A DNA stretch of 64,000 nucleotides. Origin: an uncultured Verrucomicrobiota bacterium. Lineage in GTDB: Bacteria > Verrucomicrobiota > Verrucomicrobiia > Limisphaerales > J093. This document shows positions 18,479 to 28,392 of the stretch, one piece after another (the stretch's first letter is position 1; each line of letters begins with the position of its first letter). Location: positions 9,766-73,765 of the forward strand of contig CAZMOZ010000016.1 of assembly GCA_964568145.1 (NCBI GenBank), read 5' to 3'. The translations under genes were made by a program, and so were the position numbers. The notes under the pieces are model-generated. The model did no database searches and was not told the DNA's origin. It saw nothing but the letters and a program-made list of their open reading frames with translations.

Positions 18479-19012
18479 ATGAACCCGGGAGACGACAACT
18501 TCGACAAGGTGCGGCGGCTGCTGGCTTGGAAACGGCATGAAGCGCCGCCGCCCGGCTTCTTTGCCGCCTTCCCCGAGCGGGTGCGCGCGCGGATCTGCCA
18601 GCCCGCCCGCGCGCCGGCCGCGTCTTGGTGGGAGCGGTTGTGGGCCGGGGATCTGTGGCGTCCCGCCCTGGCGGGCGCTTGTGCGCTGGCCGCGGGCGGC
18701 CTCCTGATCTGGCAGTTCAACGCGGGGGCGCGACCTCCGGGCCCGGGGCCGGGCCTGGTCCGCCAGGAGCTTCCCAAGCTCGGATCGGGGGCGTCTTTGG
18801 AATCTCCGCGCGGCGTGTTTCAACGGCAGCTTCCCGACACGTTGGCCGGTTTCGGACAGTCGAGCGGCGAGCCGGACAGCAGCATGGCGCCGCGTGGGTT
18901 GTTCGCTCCCGGCGCCGGCCTGCGCGGTCCGCTGACCCCGGCTTCGGTCACAGGCCATCCACCCGCGCTCACGGTGACGGGTGTGAATCTGGGCGGCCCG
19001 GAAGCGCGGTAG
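18479..19012 (+). CDS. Putative anti-sigma factor (single TM)
   Basis: Starts 2 nt after the sigma gene stop. One hydrophobic segment (PALAGACALAAGGLLIW). Assigned by position only. Confidence 0.5.
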   Translation: MNPGDDNFDKVRRLLAWKRHEAPPPGFFAAFPERVRARICQPARAPAASWWERLWAGDLWRPALAGACALAAGGLLIWQFNAGARPPGPGPGLVRQELPKLGSGASLESPRGVFQRQLPDTLAGFGQSSGEPDSSMAPRGLFAPGAGLRGPLTPASVTGHPPALTVTGVNLGGPEAR

Positions 19013-19366
19013 GCAGGTCGCCTCCCGCCAAGCCGGAACGGATTCAGCCCGGGGATCACGCCCCCCCGGGCGTTGCCGGAGGCGTCCTCACCTCCCGCTG
19101 CTGAACCCACACACCGCCTGGCCAGGCAAATCGGGTCCGGGGATTGGCGGCGTTCCGTGAGGTGCCTGTCTGCCCACCGGCACGCGGAAAAACGCGCCGA
19201 AGGCGGGTGCGCCCCCCAGTTTCCATTTATGATCTCCGGGTTCGGTAACCTCGTGAGTGGGACGCCTGCGAGTGAGGGTGGGCTGGCGGCCCGCCAAGGC
19301 TGCAGCGAACAGCCAGGTTGGCTGTTTTGCCAATTCCTGTTGAGCCGTTCCGGCCTAGGCGGAAGT

Positions 19367-20752
19367 TCAGTAGGTCCGCACAAACACCAGACTCTGCCCC
19401 GCGGCGCTGAGGATCAATTCGTCTTGTTCCAGCACCGCCGTGCCGCGGCTTTCCTTCCCCTGCTCGTTCTGGATGGTGACCTTGTAGCGCAGGCTGGAGC
19501 CTTCGCGCTCCCAAGTGCCCTTGCCGGCGAGATTCGCGCCGGGGATGGCCGGCACGGCGGGAGCGGCCGGGGCCGCGTCCGGCGCCGGGGCGGCGTCGGG
19601 CCCCCGGCGCATCAGGCCGTAGCGCTCGGCGTAGCCGGGCGGCAATTGTTGCACGCCGGAGGCCTGTTGCTGGGCTTGCAGCGCCGCCTCGGCGGCCTTG
19701 CGGGCCGCTTCGACGATCTGCCGTGCCTGCTCGCTCAATTCCACGCGGAGCAACAGGCTCTTGTCCGGCGCCGCCATGACGGTGAGCTGCGGAATCCAGA
19801 CCATGAGCAGTTGCTTGAGCTCCGACATCTGCTTGGGCGGCATGTTCGGATTCTTGCGGCGGGCCAGCGTGAACGTGGCGTGCGGGTCCAACTGCCACCA
19901 GCCCAGAATCTTCTCCTCGTCGTATTTGGCCGATTTGCCGGTCTTGAGGTACTGGTACAGGTCCTTCAGCGACAGGGCTTCCAGCTCGCCCATCACCTCC
20001 GGGTTGTTCAGCAAGGCGACGATCTTGGGATGCTTGATCACTTCGAGTACAGGACCGCGCGTCTGGAGGAGATTCAGCAAGGCGGTGTCGGTGGCGATTT
20101 CCTTGAACTCCGGCCGCTCGCCCCAGGCGAGGAACGCCGGGTAATTCGCCAGCCGCTGCTGGAGCGTGGCGTAGTTCTGGTAAACCAACCCCGCCACGTC
20201 GCAGGCCAGGTAGTAATTTTCCGGCATCGGGTCCAGCGCGGCCAGGGTGCGGTCCAGCCCGGTGGCGGTGATGTCATTGCGGGCCGCGCTCAGGAAGCGT
20301 TGCAGCGCCGGGCTGTCCTCGCCCGTCACCTGCACCGCCGGGTAGCCGAGGATGTAGATGACCAGGCCGACCAGCAGTGAATAGATCACGCCGCCCACCA
20401 GACCCACCACCAGCCCAAGGCGCTGGTTCAGCCGCTCGAAGCGCAGCCGCGTGTAGTCGTCCGTGGCGTACTTGAAATGCAGCATCACCTTGTGATGCAC
20501 CAGGAAGGACAGGCCCACGAACAACAGGGCGATCAGGAAGAAGACCGCCACCGGCGGCAGCAACACCGCCCAGAACGGGTGCGTCAACCCCACCTTGGGC
20601 ACCAGCGGCTTGAGCAGCGGTGCCAGCGGCAGGGCCAGGAAGCTGGCCAGGATGACGCCGACCAGCGCCACCAGCGAGCGGATGGCGCCTTTGTAGTAAC
20701 TCGTCAGCCCGAGAATGACGAAAATCGCGATGATAATCAGCCAGAGCAACAT
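19367..20752 (-). CDS. CvpA family membrane protein with a large C-terminal domain
   Basis: N-terminus MLLWLIIIAIFVILGLTSYYKGAIRSLVALVGVILASFLALPLAP plus further TM helices fit CvpA. Start set to Met at 20752. Confidence 0.65.
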   Translation of the reverse strand: MLLWLIIIAIFVILGLTSYYKGAIRSLVALVGVILASFLALPLAPLLKPLVPKVGLTHPFWAVLLPPVAVFFLIALLFVGLSFLVHHKVMLHFKYATDDYTRLRFERLNQRLGLVVGLVGGVIYSLLVGLVIYILGYPAVQVTGEDSPALQRFLSAARNDITATGLDRTLAALDPMPENYYLACDVAGLVYQNYATLQQRLANYPAFLAWGERPEFKEIATDTALLNLLQTRGPVLEVIKHPKIVALLNNPEVMGELEALSLKDLYQYLKTGKSAKYDEEKILGWWQLDPHATFTLARRKNPNMPPKQMSELKQLLMVWIPQLTVMAAPDKSLLLRVELSEQARQIVEAARKAAEAALQAQQQASGVQQLPPGYAERYGLMRRGPDAAPAPDAAPAAPAVPAIPGANLAGKGTWEREGSSLRYKVTIQNEQGKESRGTAVLEQDELILSAAGQSLVFVRTY

Positions 20753-20847
20753 GCCGGTAATGTAGGCGCGGACCCCGTCAAACGCACGTGAAAAACAGCC
20801 GGCGGCGACGGGATGGGTCGTGATTCCGTCGAGCCCTGCCATTCAGT

Positions 20848-20906
20848 CCGAAAACCGATGTTGCTTGCAGCGCCGGATTCCCATCCGGCTCAACTTCGGT
20901 TTTCGG
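20848..20906. repeat. REP-like hairpin, subfamily b
   Basis: CCGAAAACCGATGTTG-cttgcagcgCCGGATtcccATCCGGct-CAACTTCGGTTTTCGG. Near-identical in reverse orientation to 40247-40305. Confidence 0.8.
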
Positions 20907-20945
20907 ATTCAGAGCGGCGGCCCGGCTCGCCGGCCGCCGGGCGTC

Positions 20946-21716
20946 TCATTTCGCGGCGGGCGGCCGCTGATGGCGGAGCAGCCACTCGTAAAGCCTCGGG
21001 TTCGCGTAAGTCTCCGTCCAAGAATCGTGCTGGGCCTCCGGGTACACGGTCAGTTCCACTTCGCGCACCCCCGCCTTGCGGAGCGCGTCCACCATGCGTT
21101 CGGATTCCACCAGCCGCACGACCGGATCCTTCGCCCCGTGAAAAGCCCACACCCCCAGCGTGCGCAGCGCCTCGGCCTTCGTCGGATCAGCCAACAGCAC
21201 CTTGAGCGGGTCGCCGCCGCCGCAGATCGGCACGATGGCCGCGAAGCGTTCGGGGTAGGCGAGGCCCAGACTCCATGTCCCGTAACCGCCCATGCTCAGA
21301 CCGGTCAGGTACACCCGTCTCGGGTCCACCGGTTGCGTGGCCAGAATTTCGTCCAGCAAGGCGAGCACCTCGTCGTTGTCCCAGACCCGGCCGGCGGGGC
21401 ATTGGGGCGACACGACGATGAATGGGAAGTCCGGCTGCTCGCGAACGATCTTGGGCGGACCGTGCTTGGCCACCAGCCAGATGTCGCTGCCGCGCTCGCC
21501 CGCGCCGTGCAGGAACAGGATCAACGGCCACTTCTTGTCCGGCTGCGTGGCGGCGGCCTTGGGCACGAACAACAGGTAGTCCAGCGACACGGTGCGCGTG
21601 ATCTGCCGGGTGAACTTGCGGACCTGCTGCACGGTGTCGGGCTTCACATCCTGGGCGGCGGCGGGCAGCAGACACGCGCTGGCGGCCAGCAGGCTGAGGA
21701 ACGGCTTGGTTTGCAT
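20946..21716 (-). CDS. Secreted alpha/beta hydrolase (carboxylesterase / prolyl-oligopeptidase-like)
   Basis: Signal peptide MQTKPFLSLLAASACLLPAAAQ, PLILFLHGAGERG, and nucleophile elbow GLSMGG. Confidence 0.75.
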   Translation of the reverse strand: MQTKPFLSLLAASACLLPAAAQDVKPDTVQQVRKFTRQITRTVSLDYLLFVPKAAATQPDKKWPLILFLHGAGERGSDIWLVAKHGPPKIVREQPDFPFIVVSPQCPAGRVWDNDEVLALLDEILATQPVDPRRVYLTGLSMGGYGTWSLGLAYPERFAAIVPICGGGDPLKVLLADPTKAEALRTLGVWAFHGAKDPVVRLVESERMVDALRKAGVREVELTVYPEAQHDSWTETYANPRLYEWLLRHQRPPAAK

Positions 21717-21831
21717 GGCGGGAATGGGGTTGCGGTGTTCATTCGGGAAACCGGTGCGTGGCCGGACCAGCACGCCGGCGCGGCAATCCATTTCGGGTTC
21801 AGCCACGCCACGGGTTCACGCGTGGAGGATG

Positions 21832-22830
21832 TCACATGAGCTTGAGCTTGGGCAAGTCCTGCGCGTCCACCAGGCCCACCGGTTCGCGCCGGGCGTTGAC
21901 CACGATGAGGTCGTCAATGCTGCGCTCGTTGAAAATCTTCAGCGCCTCGACCGCCAGGGCGTCTTCGCGCACGCACACCGGCCGGCGGGTCATCACCTGG
22001 GACAACGGCCGGGTCAGCACGTGTTCGTCCGCCGCCATGTGCCGGCGCAGGTCGCCGTCGGTGAACACGCCCACCAACCGGCCGCGGGCGTCCACCACGC
22101 TCACGCTGCCGGCCTTGGCCCGGGTCATGACCAGCAGCGCCTCCTTGACGGTGAGCGTCCGCGGGGCGACGGAGTTGCGCTCGCCCCGGCGCATGATGTC
22201 CTGGATGCGCAGCAGGAGCGCGCGCCCGATGGCGCCGGCCGGGTGGTGGCGGGCGAAGTCGTGGGGCTTGAAGCCGCGCGCCTGGAGCACGGTCATGGCC
22301 AGCGCGTCGCCAAGGACGAGCATGGCCGTGGTGCTGGTGGTGGGCGCGAGGTTGAACGGACAGGCCTCGCGGGGCACGCGCACGTTCAGCACCCGGTCGC
22401 TGTGCCGGGCCAGGGTGGAGCGCGGCTGGCCGGTCACCGCCACGAGCCGGACGGCGAAGCGCTTCAAGGCGGGCAGCAGGTTGAGCAGCTCGTCCGATTC
22501 GCCCGAATAACTCAGCGCGAGCACCAGGTCGCCGTCGTTGACCAGGCCGAGGTCGCCATGCACGGCGTCCACCGGGTCCAGCGCCACGGCGGTCGAGCCG
22601 GTGCTGGTGAGCGTGGCGGCGATCTTGCGGCCGATGTTGCCGGACTTGCCGATGCCCACGACCACCACCTTGTTGCGGCGCCGGAGCGTCTCGATCACCT
22701 CCTCGACCACGGCGCTGAAGGTGCCGTCCAACTGGCCGCGCACAGCGCGCAGGCCGGCCAGCTCGAGGTCAAAGACCTGCCGCGCGCGGGCCAGGTGCGG
22801 GCGCGGCCGGGCGGCGGGGGCGCGGCGCAT
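21832..22830 (-). CDS. kdsD: Arabinose-5-phosphate isomerase (KpsF/GutQ/KdsD family; SIS plus 2 CBS)
   Basis: VVVVGIGKSGNIGRKIAATLTSTG SIS motif and a C-terminal CBS pair. Confidence 0.85.
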   Translation of the reverse strand: MRRAPAARPRPHLARARQVFDLELAGLRAVRGQLDGTFSAVVEEVIETLRRRNKVVVVGIGKSGNIGRKIAATLTSTGSTAVALDPVDAVHGDLGLVNDGDLVLALSYSGESDELLNLLPALKRFAVRLVAVTGQPRSTLARHSDRVLNVRVPREACPFNLAPTTSTTAMLVLGDALAMTVLQARGFKPHDFARHHPAGAIGRALLLRIQDIMRRGERNSVAPRTLTVKEALLVMTRAKAGSVSVVDARGRLVGVFTDGDLRRHMAADEHVLTRPLSQVMTRRPVCVREDALAVEALKIFNERSIDDLIVVNARREPVGLVDAQDLPKLKLM

Positions 22831-22833
22831 GGG

Positions 22834-23895
22834 CTACTCAAGGTTCGGGTAAGAGCCGAGCACCTTCACGAAGACGCAATGCTGGCCCAGCTCGTCCAGC
22901 GCCCGGGCCACCTTCGGGTCCGTAGCGTGGCCGTCGCAATCCACGAAGAAGTAGTACTGCCACGCCTTCCGCTTGCTGGGGCGCGACTCGATCTTGGTCA
23001 TGTTGATGCGGTATTTGCGGAACGGCGCGATGGCGCCGTGCAACGCGCCAGGGCGGTCCGCGATGCAGAACATGAGGCTGGTGCGGTCGTGGCCGGTGCG
23101 GGGCGGGCACTGGCGGCCCAGCACCAGGAAGCGCGTGGCGTTCTCGGCGTTGTCCTGGACGTTGTGCTCGAGCACCGGCAGGCCGTACTTCTCCGCCGCG
23201 AGCAGGCCGGCGATGGCGCCGGCGCCCTTTTCGCGGGCGGCCAGCTCGGCCGAGCGCGCGTTCGAGGCGGTCTCGAGGATCTCGACGTCCGGCAGGTGGC
23301 GCTGGAGCCATTGGCGGCACTGGGCCAGCGACTGCGGATGGATGTACAGGCGCTTGATCCGCGCGCGCGGCGACTTGCTCATCAGGCACTGGGAGATCGG
23401 CATCACGATCTGCGCCACGATCTTCAGGTCGCTGTCCATGAACATGTCCAGCGTGTGCGTGACCACGCCCTCGGTGGAATTCTCGACCGGCACCACGCCG
23501 AAGTCCGCGCGGCGCTTGGCCACCTCGCTGAACACGTCGGCGATGGTCTTGAGCGGCAGGTACCGCAGGCTGTTGCCGAAGCGCTGCATCGCCGCCTGGT
23601 GCGTGAAGGTCGCCTCCGGACCCAGGTAGGCGATGGTCATCGGCTTCTCGACGGCCAGCGCGCTGGACATAATCTCGCGGTAGATCGCGCGGATGCCCTC
23701 GCTGGTGAGCGGACCGCGGTTGAGCTTGGTCACGCGGCTCAACACGGCGCGCTCGCGGTGCGGGGCGTAGATCTCCTCACCGTGCCGCAGCTTGAGCGAA
23801 CCGATCTCCAGCGCGCGCCGGGTCCGTTCGTTCAGCAACCGGACGATCTGCTGGTCCAGGCGGTCGATCGCTTTGCGTTGTTCGGGAATGCTCAT
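22834..23895 (-). CDS. pheA: Bifunctional chorismate mutase / prephenate dehydratase
   Basis: N-terminal CM helix [29 protein letters not shown], a PDT domain, and an ACT domain with TKIESRPSK. Confidence 0.9.
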   Translation of the reverse strand: MSIPEQRKAIDRLDQQIVRLLNERTRRALEIGSLKLRHGEEIYAPHRERAVLSRVTKLNRGPLTSEGIRAIYREIMSSALAVEKPMTIAYLGPEATFTHQAAMQRFGNSLRYLPLKTIADVFSEVAKRRADFGVVPVENSTEGVVTHTLDMFMDSDLKIVAQIVMPISQCLMSKSPRARIKRLYIHPQSLAQCRQWLQRHLPDVEILETASNARSAELAAREKGAGAIAGLLAAEKYGLPVLEHNVQDNAENATRFLVLGRQCPPRTGHDRTSLMFCIADRPGALHGAIAPFRKYRINMTKIESRPSKRKAWQYYFFVDCDGHATDPKVARALDELGQHCVFVKVLGSYPNLE

Positions 23896-24590
23896 GATGA
23901 CGGCTGATCAGACGGGGCCGGGGCGTTTGGGGCGGCGGGCCCGGCGGCCGGCGGGTTGAGCTGCGCGGGCGGCACCGTGGCCAGGCCCGGCTCCACGGTG
24001 AGCAACGACGGCGGACGCTCCACGGGAATGCGCCGCAACTCGTCCCCGCCGGGCAGGTCGTCCAGCGACGCCAGGCCGAAGTATTCCAGGAAAGCCCTGG
24101 TGGTGCCGTAGGTGATGGGCCGGCCCACAACCTCCGCGCGGCCGACCGCCTCGACCAGGCCGCGCTCGAGCAGCGTCTGCATCACGCCATCCACCGACAC
24201 GCCGCGAATCTGCTCGATCTCCGCGCGTGTGATCGGCTGGCGGTAGGCGATGATGGTGAGCGTTTCGAGCGCGGGCTGGGACAGGCGGGCCGGCCGGGCG
24301 CGTTCGCCCGCCAGCACGCGCAGCCAGGAGGCAAACTCCGGCCGGGCCACGAACTGCCACGCCTCCGCCACGCATGTCAGGCCGTAACTGCGCCCGGCGG
24401 CCTCTTGCTCTTCGCGCAAGGCGATCAGCGCGGCGGCGATCTCGTCCGTCTTGGTCTTTTTGAAGGCGCGCACCGCCGGTTCATCGCTCTGGTCGGCGGC
24501 CTGGGCGAGCACCCCCTTGAGGTCGGCCACGCTCAGCGGCTTCTGCGAGGCGAACAGGATGGCCTCGAGGACAAGCTTCAAGTCGGTCAT
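23892..24590 (-). CDS. scpB: Segregation and condensation protein B
   Basis: [21 protein letters not shown] and [27 protein letters not shown] winged-helix repeats. 4-nt overlap with pheA. Confidence 0.9.
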   Translation of the reverse strand: MTDLKLVLEAILFASQKPLSVADLKGVLAQAADQSDEPAVRAFKKTKTDEIAAALIALREEQEAAGRSYGLTCVAEAWQFVARPEFASWLRVLAGERARPARLSQPALETLTIIAYRQPITRAEIEQIRGVSVDGVMQTLLERGLVEAVGRAEVVGRPITYGTTRAFLEYFGLASLDDLPGGDELRRIPVERPPSLLTVEPGLATVPPAQLNPPAAGPAAPNAPAPSDQPSS

Positions 24591-25372
24591 GGCAACGCGG
24601 GGGCGGCGGGCGCCGGCGGCACGGCGGGCTCCGGGGAATTGGACTCGTCCGGCGGCGCGGCTTCGATGGTGATTTCGCCAAAGGCCGCGCTCTGGGTGAC
24701 CAGCGCCACGCGCAGCCGGATCAACTCCAGCAGGGCCAGGAACGTGACCACCACCTCGGTGCGGTGCGTGGCGTCGTCGAACAACTCGGCGAAACGAAAG
24801 CGCTGCCCGCCGGCCAGTCGCGCGCGGAGTTCCTCGAGCTTCTCGCTCACCGTCCAGCGGTCCTCGTAGATTTCGCTGGCGCGCCCGCGGGCCTGGAAGC
24901 GCTTGAGGACGGCGTTGAGCGCGCCCACCAGATCGAACAGCGAGACCTCCGGACGGCCGGGCGCGGGCGGCGCCTCCGGCCGGGGCGCCTGGCGCGGGAA
25001 GGTCAGTTCCTGGCGGCGTTCGAGCGTCTGCAACTCCGCGGCGGCGTCCTTGAATTTCTTGTACTCGACGAGCTTGCGGATCAGCTCCCAGCGCGGGTCT
25101 TCAAGGTCTTCGTCCTCCGGCCCGACCGGCGCCTGCAGGTCGCGGGGCAGCAGCTCGCGGCTCTTGATGAGCATGAGCGTGGCGGCCATGACCAGGAACT
25201 CGCCGGCGAGATCGAGGTCCAGCTCCTTCATGAGCTCGACGTACTCGATGAACTGGGTCGCCAGCCGGGTCAGGTTGACCTGGTAAATGTCCACCTCCTC
25301 CTTCTTCACGAGGTAAAGCAGGAGGTCGAGCGGGCCTTCGAAGACCTTGAACTGGACCTTGTATTCGACCAT
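24587..25372 (-). CDS. scpA: Segregation and condensation protein A
   Basis: [24 protein letters not shown] is the kleisin N-terminus. Overlaps scpB by 4 nt. Confidence 0.9.
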   Translation of the reverse strand: MVEYKVQFKVFEGPLDLLLYLVKKEEVDIYQVNLTRLATQFIEYVELMKELDLDLAGEFLVMAATLMLIKSRELLPRDLQAPVGPEDEDLEDPRWELIRKLVEYKKFKDAAAELQTLERRQELTFPRQAPRPEAPPAPGRPEVSLFDLVGALNAVLKRFQARGRASEIYEDRWTVSEKLEELRARLAGGQRFRFAELFDDATHRTEVVVTFLALLELIRLRVALVTQSAAFGEITIEAAPPDESNSPEPAVPPAPAAPALP

Positions 25373-25489
25373 GCCGTCGCGCGGCGTGTGTCAACGGATG
25401 GGCGACGCTAGCGGAAGCGCGCGCCGTTGGCAACGGGCGGCGTGGCGGGGGCGCATTGCGGCTGCGGACTTCAGCCTGCGGCGGCGTTC

Positions 25490-26833
25490 TCGCTTCGCGG
25501 GCGGAGTTTCCACAACGCGCTGGGCCGGCTCACCCGCGTGGATTTCCCGGACAGCACGTATGTCCAGCACGTCTTCACCAACGGCGCGGGCGTGAAGCTC
25601 CTGGACCGCACCGGCGCCCGCGACCGCCTGGGCAACTGGACCCGCTACGAGTACAACGGCCTGCGGCAGGTCACGCGCGTGCTGGACCCGCTCCTGCGCG
25701 AAACCCGCTACACGTACTGCGGCTGCGGCGGCCCGGAGAGCGTCACCCGCGCGTACGGCACGACCCTGGCCGAGACCACCAGTTACGAATACGACTTCGC
25801 CGGCCGCCTGCGCGGGGTGACCGCCCCCGACGGCACCAGCGTGACCAACACGTACGACCGGTTGGGCCGGCTGGCCATCGTGGGCCGGGCCTTCGACACC
25901 CACACCAATTACTACGACAACCTCGGCCGCCTCTGGGTGGTGGAGAACGCCGCTGGCGTGGTCTCGGAACTGGCCTACGACGACCACGACCGCGTCCGAC
26001 TCGCAATTGACGCCCAGGGCGTGACGGTGACCAACCGCTACGACGCCCTGGGCCGCCTCCTGAGCCGCACGCTGCCCGCGATCAACGCCGTCGAGTCCTT
26101 CGGCTACACCGCCGGCGTCAGCGGCCCCACGGCCCACACCAACCCGGTCGGCAAGGTGACGCTCCACGCCTATGACGCCGCGGGCCGCCAGACCAACGAA
26201 GTGCAGCCGGGCGTTTTCACCAACCGCTTCACCTACACCCCCGCCGACGACCTGGCCACGCTGGCCGACGGCCAAGGCAACGTCACCACCTGGAAGTACG
26301 ACGCCGAGGGGCGCGTCACCGAAAAGTGGTACACGGCCAGTCCACCGCCGACCTGCTATACCTCTACAACGCCAACGGCTGGCTCACCCAGCGCTTCACC
26401 CGCACCGGCACGGGCGCCAGCACCAACGGCTACTTCACCACGTACGCGTATGACAGTGCGGGCAATCTGACGAACATGACCTACCCCGCCGGCACGGCCT
26501 CGCTCACGAACGGGTTCGACGCCTTGGACCGGTTGACGAACCGGCTGGACGGGCTGGGGCAGACGAAGTACCTGTATGCCGTGCTTGGGAACGGCCAGCA
26601 CACGTTCACCCAACGGCCCTTGGGCGGGGAACGAGGTGACCGTGACCAACCGGCACGGTCGGCGGGCGGGGTTGCGGATCGCGCAGCCCGGCGGGCAGTT
26701 CACGGTCACCACCACGTGGGATGCCGCCGGCTGGTGGGCGACCGTGGGCGGCACGGCCGGCACCTTCACCTGCGGCCATCCATCACCGGTGGGTGACAGT
26801 GCCCTGTCGGCGACCGCGCAGTTCACACGGTAA
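25490..26833 (+). pseudogene. Internal RHS/YD-repeat fragment with at least two frameshifts; no N-terminal domain and no C-terminal toxin
   Basis: YD repeats (GNWTRYEYNGLRQVTRV, TSYEYDFAGRLRGVTAPDG, TNTYDRLGRL, TWKYDAEGRVTEKWY). They continue in another frame from about 26335 (YLYNANGWLTQR, TYAYDSAGNLTNMTY) and shift again near 26615 (NEVTVTNRHGRRAGLRI). Confidence 0.8.
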
Positions 26834-27206
26834 AATGTTGCGGCTTCCGGGTTGAAGGCGGAGCGGAGAGATCGTGCCGACGATTTGTTGGGAGGCGCGG
26901 TCGTGGGGCCGCAGGGCGAAGGTGGGTCTGGGGTTTGTGGTTCGTGGTGGCTGGGATGGCAGAACGCCGCTCCTTTCTTCCCAGCGCAAACTTCAGCCGC
27001 AGGCGTGGCCGTCCGTGTCCCCGAAAACCGGGCGTCGTGGCACTCGGCCCTCCGGAACGGGGATGCCGCCGCGTTCTGACGGACATTTACGGGCCGCTGA
27101 GCCAGCGGCTGGGCACCAGCGCCTCCCCGTTGCGCGGCGCGCGCCAGGGCGTATAGTTTTGCATGAAACCCAGGCGCGACATGAACGCGCGACGTATTGG
27201 AGGCTG

Positions 27207-28379
27207 ATGGCTCCTCCAAACACGAATCCGGCCGCGCCGGCCGCCGGTCCGCCGACGGCCCGCGAGGGATTGGCTGACGCGCTCGACCGCCACACCGCCG
27301 CGGGCCGGTTGTGCCGGGCCGAGAACGGCAAGGTCCGCTGCGTGGCCTGCGGGCATCGCTGTCTGATCGCGCCGGGCCGGCGCGGCGTGTGCAAGGTGCG
27401 GTTCAACCGCGACGGGGAACTTCGCGTGCCTTTCGGCTACGTGGCCGTCGTGGCGTGCGATCCGGTCGAGAAAAAGCCGTTCTTCCACGCCCTGCCCGGC
27501 AGCGACGCGCTCACGTTCGGCATGCTGGGCTGCGATTTCCACTGCGCGTACTGCCAGAACTGGATCACCAGCCAGGCGCTGCGGGACGAGGAGGCCACCG
27601 GCCGTTACCATCCAGCCACGCCCGCGCAGTTGGTCGCCGCCGCACGACGCCACGGCGCCCGGCTGATGGTCTCGAGCTACAACGAGCCGCTCATCACCGC
27701 AGAGTGGGCCGCGGCGGTGTTCGCCGAGGCGAAGCCCGCGGGCCTGCTGTGCGCGTTTGTGTCCAATGGCAACGCCACGCCCGAGGCGCTGGACTTCCTC
27801 CAGCCCTGGCTCGCCGCCTACAAGGTGGACCTCAAGGGCTTCAACGACCGCCGCTACCGCACCCTGGGCGGCACGCTCGAGGCCGTGACCGAAACGATCA
27901 AGATGGTCCACGCGCGCGGGCTCTGGCTCGAGGTGGTCACGCTGCTGGTGCCCGGCTTCAACGACCACGAGGCCGAGCTGCGCGAGCTGACCCAGTTCCT
28001 GGCCTCAGTGAGCCCGGACATTCCCTGGCACGTCACGGCCTTCCACCCGGATTACAAGATGCTGGATCCGCGCGCCACGACCGCGGCGGACCTGGTCCGG
28101 GCGGCCGAGATCGGTGCCGCCGCCGGCCTGCGTTACGTCTATGCCGGCAACCTGCCGGGCCGGGTGGGCGAGTGGGAGAACACCCGCTGCCCGCAATGCC
28201 GCCGCACGGTGATCCGCCGGCACGGCTTTGCCGTCCTGGAAAAGCAGATCGGCGCCGATGGCCGGTGTCCCGGTTGCGGCGCCACGGTGCCGGGCATCTG
28301 GAGTTACGGAGACTATTATCCACCCCCGCCGCAGCCGGCGGGGGCGATGGGCCGCTGGCCCCGCCCGGTGGCCCTGTGA
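27207..28379 (+). CDS. amrS: AmmeMemoRadiSam system radical SAM enzyme
   Basis: VRCVACGHRCLIAPGRRGVCKVRFN zinc-ribbon-like N-terminus. Radical SAM CxxxCxxC motif in GCDFHCAYCQNW. Start set to ATG 27207. Confidence 0.85.
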   Translation: MAPPNTNPAAPAAGPPTAREGLADALDRHTAAGRLCRAENGKVRCVACGHRCLIAPGRRGVCKVRFNRDGELRVPFGYVAVVACDPVEKKPFFHALPGSDALTFGMLGCDFHCAYCQNWITSQALRDEEATGRYHPATPAQLVAAARRHGARLMVSSYNEPLITAEWAAAVFAEAKPAGLLCAFVSNGNATPEALDFLQPWLAAYKVDLKGFNDRRYRTLGGTLEAVTETIKMVHARGLWLEVVTLLVPGFNDHEAELRELTQFLASVSPDIPWHVTAFHPDYKMLDPRATTAADLVRAAEIGAAAGLRYVYAGNLPGRVGEWENTRCPQCRRTVIRRHGFAVLEKQIGADGRCPGCGATVPGIWSYGDYYPPPPQPAGAMGRWPRPVAL

Positions 28380-28392
28380 TGGAGGATTTGCC

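Noticed and set aside
19073-20380. 435-aa plus-strand ORF
   Set aside because: It is antisense to the CvpA-family gene. It begins in the non-coding gap and has shadow-frame composition.
21592-23907. 771-aa plus-strand ORF
   Set aside because: It is antisense to kdsD and pheA, both of which have clear family motifs, and has extreme Arg/Ala/Gly/His content.
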